Shown here in pieces: positions 1 to 8,812 of a DNA stretch of 64,000 nucleotides (position 1 is its first letter; each line of letters starts with the position of its first letter). A program made the position numbers and the translations under genes. This DNA is from Myxococcales bacterium. Its GTDB lineage: Bacteria; Myxococcota_A; Polyangia; Polyangiales; Polyangiaceae. The notes under the pieces were generated by a model, which made no database searches, was not told where the DNA came from, and saw nothing but the letters and a program-made list of their open reading frames with translations. The stretch lies in contig JADJCA010000011.1 of the NCBI GenBank assembly GCA_016703425.1, forward strand, positions 122,050 through 186,049, written 5' to 3'.

Positions 1-249
1 CTCACGCCGCAGTCGCGCGTCGTCGACCTCTCGTGGGCGGTCAACGAGGGCGTCGTCCGCTTCTTCAGTCACTCGCCAAAAGCCGCCGCCAACCTCGCCG
101 AGCTGTTCGGCCGCACCTTCAAGGCCTTCGGCCTGGAGCTAGTCCCCGAATCGCCACACACCCTTCGGGCACGCCTCGGCCTCACGAAGAGCGAAGAGAG
201 CGCGTGGAAGTCGCTCGAGAGCTTGGTCTTGGCGCGAGAGGAGACCTGA
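1..249 (+). CDS. 3' end of an unidentified protein (partial; continues upstream of the window)
   Basis: Open frame from the window edge to TGA at 247-249 with high GC3. Its stop overlaps the GTG start of the next gene (TGAGTG), which suggests translational coupling. No family recognised. Confidence 0.3.
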   Translation, partial: LTPQSRVVDLSWAVNEGVVRFFSHSPKAAANLAELFGRTFKAFGLELVPESPHTLRARLGLTKSEESAWKSLESLVLAREET

Positions 250-915
250 GTGGATCTCGTCGATCAAATCGAGGGGCGACGGTTCGTCGGCCGCGAGTTT
301 CTGTTGTGGCTGTGGTTCGAGACCGAGATCTTCGAAGCGACGCTCGAAACCAAAGAGCACGGCGCCTTCGGCCTTTGGGTCGGGTCACGCATCGGCCTCT
401 CCGACCGCAAAGAGAGCACCGTCATCAAGGGCGCCGCGCCGGGCGCGCACCGCGAAGCAAAAGAGGCGCTCCTGCGCGGCAAGATGCCCGACACCATGGG
501 TTTCACCTTGTCGCGTGAAGACGGCGACGCCCGCTTCGTCCTGAAGGGCGAGACGCTCGGCCTCGTGGGCCTCGTGCTCCCTACCGTGCTCGGTGACGGC
601 GCCGAGGAGGAGGCCACCACCCTCGCGAAGCCGCCGCCCAAGAAGAAAGGGCGCGACCGTGATCGCGCCCGCGAAGAAGAGGCGGAGGCCGATGAGGCGG
701 CGGAAGCGTTTTACGAGCGCATGCAACTGGCGAAGACCATCGAAGACATCCTCGAAGCGCTCTTCCGCGACTTCACGGCGCTGCGTTTGAGCGACGCGTG
801 GTCACGGGGCGTTATGCCAAAGCTCGAGGCGTGGGCCGCCGGTGAAGACGTGGACGTCGACGGCTACCGAGCCGTGCGCGCCGCCCACGCGACGACCAAG
901 AAGAAGTCGAAGTGA
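250..915 (+). CDS. hypothetical protein with a Glu/Lys/Arg-rich low-complexity linker
   Basis: 221-aa ORF (GTG start) with high GC3 and balanced composition. Contains an FLLWLWFETE motif and a central KKKGRDRDRAREEEAEADEAAEA charged segment. No confident family assignment. Confidence 0.5.
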   Translation: MDLVDQIEGRRFVGREFLLWLWFETEIFEATLETKEHGAFGLWVGSRIGLSDRKESTVIKGAAPGAHREAKEALLRGKMPDTMGFTLSREDGDARFVLKGETLGLVGLVLPTVLGDGAEEEATTLAKPPPKKKGRDRDRAREEEAEADEAAEAFYERMQLAKTIEDILEALFRDFTALRLSDAWSRGVMPKLEAWAAGEDVDVDGYRAVRAAHATTKKKSK

Positions 916-964
916 GACCGAGCGGCGCGCGCTCTCCCGGTCGAGCCGCGTTAGACTCGGGCCG

Positions 965-3124
965 ATGACTGCCCCGATGGATCCGGCGCCGCGCATCGCC
1001 GAGGAGCTTCGGCTCCCGCCAGCCGGCGTACGCGCCGCGCTGCGGCTCCTCGGTGAGGGCGCGACCGTCGCGTTCATCGCGCGCTATCGCAAAGAGCAAA
1101 CCGGCGGACTCGACGAGGTGGCCATTGGGGCCATCGTCGACAAGCGCGACTACGTCGTGTCGCTGGAGCAACGGCGCGCCGTGATCCTCGAGGCCATCGC
1201 GGCGCAGGGAAAGCTCACGGCCGACCTCGAGCGCGCCATTCGCAGGACGTGGCTCAAGGCGGAGCTCGAAGATCTGTACCTGCCCTACAAGACGAAGCGG
1301 CGAACGCGCGCGTCGCAGGCGCGGGAGCGCGGCCTTCTGCCGCTGGCGAATCGACTCCTCGCGCAGCCGCCACAAGGCGACCCGCGCCGCGAGGCGGCGG
1401 CGTTCGTCGACGCCGCGAAAGACGTCCCCGACGTCGACGCCGCGCTCGCCGGTGCGCGAGACATCGTCGCTGAATTGGTAGCCGAGCAGCCCAGCGTGCG
1501 AGCGTTAGCGCGCTCACGCTTCGACCGCGAGGCCGTCGTGGAGTCGGTGGCCATCGCCGCGAAGACGAAGGCGCCCACCAAGTTCGAGGCCTACTACGAC
1601 TTCCAAGAGCGCGCGAAGACGATCCCGTCACATCGGTACTTGGCCATCGTTCGCGGCGAAGAAGAGGGCGTGCTCCGCGTCAAGGTTCGCATCGACGACG
1701 CGGCGTTGGCCGTCGAGATCGCCCCGGCGGCGGGCTTGCGGCGCGGCTCGCCCTTTGGCAAGGAACTCGAGGCTGCGCTGGCCGACGCAACGAAGCGCCT
1801 CCTCGTGCCGTCCATCGAATCGGACGTCCGGGCCGAGCTCAAGGAGCGGGCCGACCTGGGCGCCGTGGCCGTCTTCGCCGAGAACGTGTCGAAGCTACTC
1901 CTGGCGGCGCCGCTCGGGCGACGCGTGGTGCTCGGCATCGACCCGGGCCAGCGAACCGGCTGCAAGTGCGCCGTCGTCGATGACACGGGCAAGCTCGTCG
2001 CGCACACAAGGCTCCTGCTCGTGGGCGGCGCCGGTGCCCTCGAACAAGCGAAGCGCACCTTCGCCGAGCTCCTCGCGAGGCACCGGCCCCACGCCATCGC
2101 CGTTGGCAACGGGACCCACGGCCGCGAGACGGCCGACTTTTGCCGAGGCGAGCTCACCGCGGCGGGAAGGGCCGACGTCGTCGTGGTGCTCGTGAACGAG
2201 GCCGGCGCGAGCGTCTATTCGGCGAGCGAGGTCGCACGGGAGGAGTTCCCGGAGCTCGATCTCACGGTGCGCGGCGCCATCTCCATCGCGCGGCGCCTCC
2301 AAGATCCGCTCGCCGAGCTCGTGAAGATCGACCCGAAGGCCATCGGCGTGGGGCAGTACCAACACGACGTCGACCAGCCGACCCTCGCACGCAAGCTCGA
2401 CGAGGTCGTCGAACGCTGCGTAAACGCCGTGGGGGTCGAAGTGAACACCGCCAGCGCGCCGCTCTTGGCACGCGTCGCCGGCGTAGGGCCGTCTTTGGCA
2501 AAGAAGATCGTCGCGCATCGAGACAAGAGCGGCGCCTTTCGGTCGCGCCGAGATCTGCTCAAGGTCTCCGGCCTCGGTCCTAAGGCCTTCGAGCAGGCCG
2601 CCGGCTTCGTTCGCATTCGCGAGGGCACGCATCCGCTCGACGCGAGCGGCGTTCACCCCGAGCGATACGCGCTCGTGGAGCGCATCGCGAAGGAGCGCGG
2701 CGTCGAGCTGGCTACCCTCGTTGGCAACGAAGAGCTTGCGCGCGGCATCCCGTGGGCGAGCTACGCCAACGATGAAGTGGGCCCGCCAACGCTCGAGGAC
2801 ATCCAGCGCGAGGTGAGCAAGCCGGGGCGCGATCCACGAGAAACGTTCACGGCGCCGACGTTCCGCGACGACGTTCGTAAGCTCGAAGATGTGTCATCGG
2901 GCATGGTGCTGGAGGGTGTCGTCACGAACGTCACGGCTTTTGGCGCGTTCGTCGACGTTGGCGTCCATCAAGATGGACTCGTGCACGTCTCGCAGCTCGC
3001 CGACCGGTTCGTCAAAGATCCGCACGCCGTCGTTAAGGTCGGCGAGCGCGTGAAGGTGCGCGTCCTCGAGGTCGATCTCGCGCGCAAGCGGCTCGCGCTG
3101 TCCATGAAGCAGGCGCCGAAGTAG
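965..3124 (+). CDS. tex: transcription accessory protein Tex (YqgF/RuvC-like + HhH + C-terminal S1 domain)
   Basis: N-terminus IAEELRLPPAGVRAALRLLGEGATVAFIARYRKEQTGGLDEV matches the Tex start. GIDPGQRTGCKCAVVDDTGKL is the YqgF-like motif. C-terminal S1 domain: GMVLEGVVTNVTAFGAFVDVG...RVLEVDLARKRLALSMK. Start taken at the in-frame ATG 965 (MTAPMDPAP); the track start at 842 looks like an N-terminal over-extension. Confidence 0.85.
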   Translation: MTAPMDPAPRIAEELRLPPAGVRAALRLLGEGATVAFIARYRKEQTGGLDEVAIGAIVDKRDYVVSLEQRRAVILEAIAAQGKLTADLERAIRRTWLKAELEDLYLPYKTKRRTRASQARERGLLPLANRLLAQPPQGDPRREAAAFVDAAKDVPDVDAALAGARDIVAELVAEQPSVRALARSRFDREAVVESVAIAAKTKAPTKFEAYYDFQERAKTIPSHRYLAIVRGEEEGVLRVKVRIDDAALAVEIAPAAGLRRGSPFGKELEAALADATKRLLVPSIESDVRAELKERADLGAVAVFAENVSKLLLAAPLGRRVVLGIDPGQRTGCKCAVVDDTGKLVAHTRLLLVGGAGALEQAKRTFAELLARHRPHAIAVGNGTHGRETADFCRGELTAAGRADVVVVLVNEAGASVYSASEVAREEFPELDLTVRGAISIARRLQDPLAELVKIDPKAIGVGQYQHDVDQPTLARKLDEVVERCVNAVGVEVNTASAPLLARVAGVGPSLAKKIVAHRDKSGAFRSRRDLLKVSGLGPKAFEQAAGFVRIREGTHPLDASGVHPERYALVERIAKERGVELATLVGNEELARGIPWASYANDEVGPPTLEDIQREVSKPGRDPRETFTAPTFRDDVRKLEDVSSGMVLEGVVTNVTAFGAFVDVGVHQDGLVHVSQLADRFVKDPHAVVKVGERVKVRVLEVDLARKRLALSMKQAPK

Positions 3125-3126
3125 GG

Positions 3127-3873
3127 TCAGTTTTGGACGGCGGTGAAGCGCCAGGCGAGAGGGAACGTGGCGCCAACAAGCGGCTTTATCTCCACAACAT
3201 AGGGGAAAGCTGATTGCAGCGTCACGACCGGCGTCGCCACGCCGTTCACATAGAAGGTGGGCGCCACCGCACCGCTCCACTCCCAATTGAGGCCCGACGA
3301 GTTGCCCGGTATTTGGAAGCGGACGAAGTCGAGGTCGGCGGCGCTGGTCGCCGTGCCGCATATGGATCGCGTGCCGCCGATGGCCGTCGCAAGGGCCGCC
3401 GGCATCGGCGTGGCCGTGGCGAGGGTCCCGTTGGGTTCGACCTCAACGATGCCGTTGACGACCCCGACACCGCAGGGACCGATGCCCGAGTCAGCCGAAG
3501 CGTCGGCGCCATCGGCGCGCGCATCGCCGGGCGCATCCACGCGCGCGTCGCTCGGCGCGTCGAGTCGAGCATCACCGGCCGACGCGTCAGGGCCCGCCCC
3601 GTCAGACCCGAGGCCACCATCGCCGGTCGCGCTGTCGCTGACCACGGCGCCGTCATCGGACGCGCCATCGACGGCCGAGTCGTCATCAAGGCCACCGTCG
3701 CCGCCACCGCTCGCGCTGTCGCTGCCGTTGCCATCGGCCGACGCGCTGCCGTCGCCGCTGCTCGCCCCGTCGAGTGAACCCGCGTCGTGATCACTGGTCT
3801 GCCCCAACGTCCCCGCAGCGCCGCCGCACGCTGCGAGCGTCGCGAGCGCCGCCCAACCAAGCCAACGCCTCAT
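3127..3873 (-). CDS. secreted lipoprotein with periodic Asp/Ala-rich repeats (DARxDAP, GDG-S) and a C-terminal beta-rich domain
   Basis: Start set at the internal ATG (cat at 3871-3873), which gives MRRWLGWAALATLAACGG, a signal peptide plus LAAC lipobox. The 75 codons upstream in the track ORF are Arg-rich junk. The protein body is low-complexity D/A/S/G repeats followed by a hydrophobic beta-like C-terminus. Confidence 0.55.
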   Translation of the reverse strand: MRRWLGWAALATLAACGGAAGTLGQTSDHDAGSLDGASSGDGSASADGNGSDSASGGGDGGLDDDSAVDGASDDGAVVSDSATGDGGLGSDGAGPDASAGDARLDAPSDARVDAPGDARADGADASADSGIGPCGVGVVNGIVEVEPNGTLATATPMPAALATAIGGTRSICGTATSAADLDFVRFQIPGNSSGLNWEWSGAVAPTFYVNGVATPVVTLQSAFPYVVEIKPLVGATFPLAWRFTAVQN

Positions 3874-3979
3874 CCGCAAAGGCTCGCACGACCCCGCGCC
3901 GAATGAAAACGCTGCCGCACGTTCGCGGCCTCGACGAGGAGGGCGCCCGCCCACCCTGGCCGGTGGTGTGTGCGCCCGC

Positions 3980-4030
3980 TTGGTATGCTGCCCGTGCATG
4001 GCGCTCGGACCCGACGATCTCGCCTTCGTG
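3980..4030. repeat. 51-bp perfect direct repeat, copy 1 (identical to 5794..5844)
   Basis: TTGGTATGCTGCCCGTGCATGGCGCTCGGACCCGACGATCTCGCCTTCGTG read directly at both positions with no mismatch. Flanking bases differ immediately outside the repeat. Confidence 0.85.
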
Positions 4031-4111
4031 CCCGCGGTGAGCGCGGTCCACGAGGGCCACACGGGCGCCCGCTGCGTCCTTGTCAGTCGCCGCAGACGCA
4101 TTCGCGACTGA
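3998..4111 (+). pseudogene. 37-codon remnant ORF duplicating the first 11 codons of the downstream kinase gene (MALGPDDLAFV), then diverging
   Basis: ATG at 3998 lies inside repeat copy 1 and encodes MALGPDDLAFV, identical to the start of the 5812 gene. It continues PAVSAVHEGHTGARCVLVSRRRRIRD* with no similarity beyond the repeat. Confidence 0.4.
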
Positions 4112-5609
4112 GTATCAAGGCTACGGGCTCGTGTTCCCCTTCGTCGCCCCGAGCAGTGACGGGCGCGAAGCCGGACTCATAACGACCGCACCCTTTACTC
4201 GAGTCGCTTACTGGGGCGACTGCGTGCACGGTGATGGCGCCGCTGCCTTGCACCTTCATGTCAAACCGGCCCGCTGCATCCGTCACCGCCGTCGCGTCGA
4301 GCGCGCTGACCAGCGCGCCGGCACGAGGCGTTGGCGTTCGTGCCACATTAGGGCTCGGCGCGGCGGTGGTCATCACGACGCCGGTGACCCGCATCGTTCG
4401 CGAACTCGGTGCCCCACCGCGAAGCCGCACTGGCCCCTCATCGCCACGGCTGAACGACAACGTATGGACCCACCGCTGCCCACCGTGCTCACGCGCGAGC
4501 AGGGCGCTGCAGCGCCCCAACCCTATGGTCGCGCGCAGCGCGCCGCTCCGTGCGTCAAGCGTACGCAACACGCCTTCGTTGGTGCAGGCGAGCACGTCTT
4601 CGCCAAGGAGGGCGAGCGACTCCTGGGGCTCGCCCAAGGTGAGGTATGGCGCCGTTCGCCACATCACTTGCAGCGACGCCATATCGACAGCGAGCACACT
4701 CTCGAGAGCGCCAACGTTGAGCGCCGGGACGGCGGGCCCCGTCGTCACCTTGAGGTAGACGATGCCATCGCGGTGCGCGGCCCCGTGCGCCGAACCGACC
4801 TTGGTGCGGGCCCGCTCATGCCCGTTCGATGCATCGAGCGCGATGAGAGCGTCATCGGCTAGTACCGCGAGCGTGCCTCCGTGGGCGAAGAGCGCGGTAA
4901 GGTTCGGGAGGGCGGTTGACCACCGATCAATCCCGGTTCGCAAGTCGACCGCAACGAACCTGTCGTGATAACCGAGGTACGCCGCGTCTCCCGCGAGCCA
5001 CGTACCGACCCCCAGGCCCGGCGCACTCTTGGTCCAAAGAGTCGCGCCTGTCTGTGCGTCAAGCGCCACCACCCGTGGCAATACGGTCGATCGGGCATCC
5101 CCACCCACGAGAACCACCTCGGAATTGCCGACGACCCGCGGATGCGGCCGAAACGTCAGTTCACGGGTCCACCGCAGGATGAGCGAAGGGAGCGCGAACG
5201 CGTCGATGCGTCCCCCGGTCACAAGAAACGTCGATGGTCCAGCCACGATCGTCCCTGCGACGAACCGTTGTTCATCCGGGACGTCCATCGCGGCCACGAC
5301 GGTTTCTCCATCGCCTTCGGTGAGCAGGAGCCGGTCGCCCTCAACGTGTAGCAAGCGATCTCCCGCGGGGTGATGCCAATTCGGCCTCGACTCGACGGTC
5401 CAGCCTCGCGACGGCCCCACGACACCGCGGACGTGAGACCCGTACCCATTGGAGGCGATCCGCGTCGACGACACCCGCACCTGGGCCTGTGCGTTTGGTG
5501 GTGATCCGTTGGCGCCACAGGCGGAGAGTGGTGCCGTGAGCACAAGTCCGAGCAGTCCAACCGCTCGTTGAGCTCCGTTCGGAACGCTGCGCCTTAGTCG
5601 GTCGACCAT
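4083..5609 (-). CDS. PQQ-like beta-propeller repeat lipoprotein (BamB-like fold) with a C-terminal CarboxypepD_reg-like beta-sandwich
   Basis: N-terminal signal peptide with lipobox LSAC. Repeated ...TGATLWT.../...DLRTGIDRWST.../...ASLQVMWRT... blades typical of PQQ-propeller proteins. C-terminus AVTDAAGRFDMKVQGSGAITVHAV resembles carboxypeptidase regulatory-like domains. Confidence 0.75.
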   Translation of the reverse strand: MVDRLRRSVPNGAQRAVGLLGLVLTAPLSACGANGSPPNAQAQVRVSSTRIASNGYGSHVRGVVGPSRGWTVESRPNWHHPAGDRLLHVEGDRLLLTEGDGETVVAAMDVPDEQRFVAGTIVAGPSTFLVTGGRIDAFALPSLILRWTRELTFRPHPRVVGNSEVVLVGGDARSTVLPRVVALDAQTGATLWTKSAPGLGVGTWLAGDAAYLGYHDRFVAVDLRTGIDRWSTALPNLTALFAHGGTLAVLADDALIALDASNGHERARTKVGSAHGAAHRDGIVYLKVTTGPAVPALNVGALESVLAVDMASLQVMWRTAPYLTLGEPQESLALLGEDVLACTNEGVLRTLDARSGALRATIGLGRCSALLAREHGGQRWVHTLSFSRGDEGPVRLRGGAPSSRTMRVTGVVMTTAAPSPNVARTPTPRAGALVSALDATAVTDAAGRFDMKVQGSGAITVHAVAPVSDSSKGCGRYESGFAPVTARGDEGEHEPVALILSRECVCGD

Positions 5610-5793
5610 GTTGCCACGCCACTCGTCCTACCGCGCGCTGCCGGTCGAGCCAGGCGTTCGGCGCGGCGCGCGGAATACTTCTGACCCACCGCAACCGTGG
5701 GCGCTCACCAGGTGGTCAGATAACTTCCTCAGACGCGACCCTCGTTCACACCTCGCCGACGACAACGGCTCCCATCTCTTCTGGAACGCAGCG

Positions 5794-5844
5794 TTGGTAT
5801 GCTGCCCGTGCATGGCGCTCGGACCCGACGATCTCGCCTTCGTG
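5794..5844. repeat. 51-bp perfect direct repeat, copy 2 (identical to 3980..4030); spans the kinase gene start
   Basis: Exact copy of 3980..4030. It contains 18 bp of upstream sequence plus the ATG (5812) and codons 1-11 of the phosphotransferase gene. Confidence 0.85.
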
Positions 5845-6774
5845 GCTCGCGTGACTGGTGCGGAGCGTACGAGCGGCCCGGGAGAGCGGATTCAATCCCT
5901 GTGGGGCGGCTACGGCGAACTTGTGCGCGTTCGCCTCGTGGGCGCGCCGATGAACTCGGCCATCGTGAAGCGCGTTCGGGCGCCCCGGAGCCACGACGCC
6001 GATGGCCGTTCGCACGTGCGAAAGAAGCGTTCGTACGAGGTCGAGACCACCTGGTACCAAACGCTGGCGACGCGTTGCGACGAAACCTGCCGCGTGGCGA
6101 GGCTCTACGGAGCGACCCGCGCATCGGACGGCCACCTGCTTGTGCTTGAAGATCTCGACGACGCCGGCTTCGCGGGGCGGCGCACCGACGCGTCGCCGAA
6201 GGAGCGACGGACCTGCCTCGCGTGGCTCGCGGCGTTCCACGCGCTCTTTCTCCGCGTCCCGCCCGGCGATCTCTGGCGCGAAGGCACCTATTGGCACCTC
6301 GCCACGAGGCCCGACGAACTTCGCGCGACGGAAGACTTGCCGCTCCGCCGCGCGGCCCCGCACCTCGACGAACGGCTACGAAGCGCGAAGCACCAGACGC
6401 TCGTCCACGGCGACGCCAAGGAGGCGAACTTTTGTTTCTCGCGCCAAGGTGACGCGGTGGCGGCCGTGGACTTTCAATACGTCGGCGGCGGCGTGGGAGT
6501 GAAAGACGTCGCGTACCTCTTGAGCGACCTCGCCGGCGACGCGGCCGAACTCGAGTTCGTCGATGTGTACTTTGCACACTTACAGAGAGAGCTCTCGCGA
6601 CGCGGCCACGGGGCTTCGGCCGACCAGGTCGAAGGGGAGTGGCGCGCGCTCTATCCGGTCGCGCGGGCCGACTTTCACCGCTTCCTCGCCGGCTGGGCCA
6701 AAGACCATTGGCGCCGCGACGAAAAAGGGCGGCGCGTCACCGCAGCGTTCTTGCGCGCCGCGGGCCTCGACTGA
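5812..6774 (+). CDS. phosphotransferase-family kinase (APH/choline-kinase/EcKL-like fold)
   Basis: Start at the in-frame ATG 5812 (MALGPDDLAFV); the track ORF 5608.. carries an N-terminal extension. Brenner-type catalytic motif LVHGDAKEANFCF and Mg-binding VDFQYVGGGVGVKDVAYLL. Confidence 0.7.
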   Translation: MALGPDDLAFVARVTGAERTSGPGERIQSLWGGYGELVRVRLVGAPMNSAIVKRVRAPRSHDADGRSHVRKKRSYEVETTWYQTLATRCDETCRVARLYGATRASDGHLLVLEDLDDAGFAGRRTDASPKERRTCLAWLAAFHALFLRVPPGDLWREGTYWHLATRPDELRATEDLPLRRAAPHLDERLRSAKHQTLVHGDAKEANFCFSRQGDAVAAVDFQYVGGGVGVKDVAYLLSDLAGDAAELEFVDVYFAHLQRELSRRGHGASADQVEGEWRALYPVARADFHRFLAGWAKDHWRRDEKGRRVTAAFLRAAGLD

Positions 6775-6783
6775 CACGACGAT

Positions 6784-8655
6784 TCACTTGATCGGCGAGA
6801 CAACGACGCCGTTGATGGGTGCGGCTCCAGCTCCTGCGGGATACGCGTAGCTCACGTACGTGCTCGAGAACGCGCCGCTCGCCGCCGAGCCCCATCCCCA
6901 GACGGTGACGCCGAAGGGGCTCTTGCTGTGCATCTCGCGGCGACCGTTGTCGCACTGTCCTTGGGGTACGAAGTTGTTTCGAACGAGATCGGTGCGTGTG
7001 TATTCGTAGCGACCCTTCGTCCCGACGGGCATCCAACCGGTCAGCGGGCCCGCGCAGTCGAGGATCACGTCGTCGAAGCCAACGGAGCCGCGGCGACGAA
7101 CCACGACGAGGTTCGTCTCCGGGTAGGTCGGGTCCGCGAAGAAGACGTAGGAGTCGAGGTATTCGAGCGGCGGCACGACGTTCACGAACTCGGCGTCGCC
7201 GCGCCCGTCCTTGCCGCTCGGATCGTATTGCCCGGCGCCCGTCATGTGCGCCGAGAAGTAAAACGGATGGTCCGCGTCTTGGCTCTTCACGACGAAGGGC
7301 CCGGGCGAACGAAACTGCACGACTTGGCCCGGAGAGAGGCTGCTCGGCGCGCCCGCCGGCGGGCCCGGATCCCACTCGAGCGTGGTGCCAGGAACGGCCC
7401 CCATGAGCCGCCAAGGGGGCGCTTCTTCGTACTGATCGTAACGATTGCGATAGCGAACGCCGACGTACTCGCTGCCGAGCGCGCGAACGGGCGGGATCTG
7501 TTGATGCGAACTCTCACCGCAACAGGTGTCGATGGTCAGGCCCGTGTTGCCGCCCCAGACGCCGACGGGTTTGTTGGACGAAACGATGCTCCCCGCGAGC
7601 GACGCCGGCTGGACGAACTGCAACACCTGGCCGCGCTGGAGCGAATAGAGCGCCGGCGCGCCGGCCGGGGCTGCCGCGACGCCGGTGCCGCCGGCGATGG
7701 CGGCCTTGGGGTTCAACGTGATCTCGGTGCCGTCATCCTGTGCGGTGATGGCCACCACCGATTGCTCGACGGGGTTCGTTTGCCACGCGTCGATGGCCAC
7801 GTAGTTCGTGTCCCAGGCGGACGTCGGCAAGAGCAGCGTGGCGCTCGTGAGGGCGCTCGAACCGCCTCCGTAGGGGAACATGTCGTAGGCGACGACCGGC
7901 ACCGACGAGGTGATGCGAAAGGCGCGACCGATGCCGGTGCCGTGGAGCGCAGTGTCGCCGGCCACGGCCGCCGTGATGCTCGCGGGGCAGGCCGTGCCGG
8001 GGACCAGGCTCGGCGACTGCGACAGAAACAGGATGGCGACCTGCCCGGGCGGCACTTCGCCATTCGTGAGCGGTGCGTAGGTGATGTTCTTTCCTGAGCC
8101 CGAGGGCAGGTAGCCAAAGGTCGATGCATCGAGCGATTTGCCGTCGTGCTCCACCGTGAGCTTGGCGGGCGTCGTCCACGTGTTCGCCACGAACGTCGCG
8201 AAGCAACCGCCGGCAGCGGCAAAAATGACGTCGGGCTGAACCACGTAGTACTCGCAGCCCACGCTGCTCTTGGCGATGCGCGTGGCCTCGCAGGCAGGCG
8301 CACAGCCGGTCTCCGTGCAGCCTTCGTCGGCCGCGCAGGTGCGGATCACGTTCCCCGAACACTCGACGAACGTGTGCAGATCGCTCGAGCAGTGCGGCGC
8401 CGTGCAAAACGGATCGCCGAACTGCGCATCGGAGAACGCGGGCCCGGCGTCGACCGCCGGGGGTAACGATGCGTCGACCGCTCGCGACGACAGCTCGTCG
8501 CGCTGCGACGCGCCGCAACCAGCGGCCACCGCGGCCCAAGTCGTTAGCAACACAAGAGAGGCGCCGGCGAGCGTTCGCACGGAGGCTTCATGCCCCAATG
8601 GCCGGCGGGTGCCAATGCCAGACGACGTCTCGCGGCTTGCCGCGGGGCCCGCCAC
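6784..8655 (-). CDS. secreted Cys-rich lipoprotein, function unknown
   Basis: Long ORF with high GC3. The N-terminus contains ...VRTLAGASLVLLTTWAAVAAGCG (signal plus lipobox). A GTG at 8580 would give a cleaner signal peptide and may be the true start. Cys-rich N-terminal module (CTAPHCSSDL...CSGNVIRTCAADEGCTETGCAPAC). Confidence 0.6.
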   Translation of the reverse strand: MAGPAASRETSSGIGTRRPLGHEASVRTLAGASLVLLTTWAAVAAGCGASQRDELSSRAVDASLPPAVDAGPAFSDAQFGDPFCTAPHCSSDLHTFVECSGNVIRTCAADEGCTETGCAPACEATRIAKSSVGCEYYVVQPDVIFAAAGGCFATFVANTWTTPAKLTVEHDGKSLDASTFGYLPSGSGKNITYAPLTNGEVPPGQVAILFLSQSPSLVPGTACPASITAAVAGDTALHGTGIGRAFRITSSVPVVAYDMFPYGGGSSALTSATLLLPTSAWDTNYVAIDAWQTNPVEQSVVAITAQDDGTEITLNPKAAIAGGTGVAAAPAGAPALYSLQRGQVLQFVQPASLAGSIVSSNKPVGVWGGNTGLTIDTCCGESSHQQIPPVRALGSEYVGVRYRNRYDQYEEAPPWRLMGAVPGTTLEWDPGPPAGAPSSLSPGQVVQFRSPGPFVVKSQDADHPFYFSAHMTGAGQYDPSGKDGRGDAEFVNVVPPLEYLDSYVFFADPTYPETNLVVVRRRGSVGFDDVILDCAGPLTGWMPVGTKGRYEYTRTDLVRNNFVPQGQCDNGRREMHSKSPFGVTVWGWGSAASGAFSSTYVSYAYPAGAGAAPINGVVVSPIK

Positions 8656-8812
8656 GCGAGCGTCTCCCGCGCGAGAACCTCGGATCCGCTTCGATCCAAA
8701 CGTCCGGCGGCGGCGCTCCTTTCCTGCAGGATTTTTCGCGACTGAGCGGAGCTACGCGCGCTGGCATATGAGGTGCTGAGGTGTGGGCACAACCTCTTTC
8801 CGCGAGAGCCCC

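Noticed and set aside
3980-5844. Insertion sequence or transposon bounded by the 51-bp repeats
   Set aside because: No transposase or integrase was found, and there are no terminal inverted repeats inside the repeats. 51 bp is far longer than typical target-site duplications. Reported as a duplication or insertion footprint, not a mobile element.
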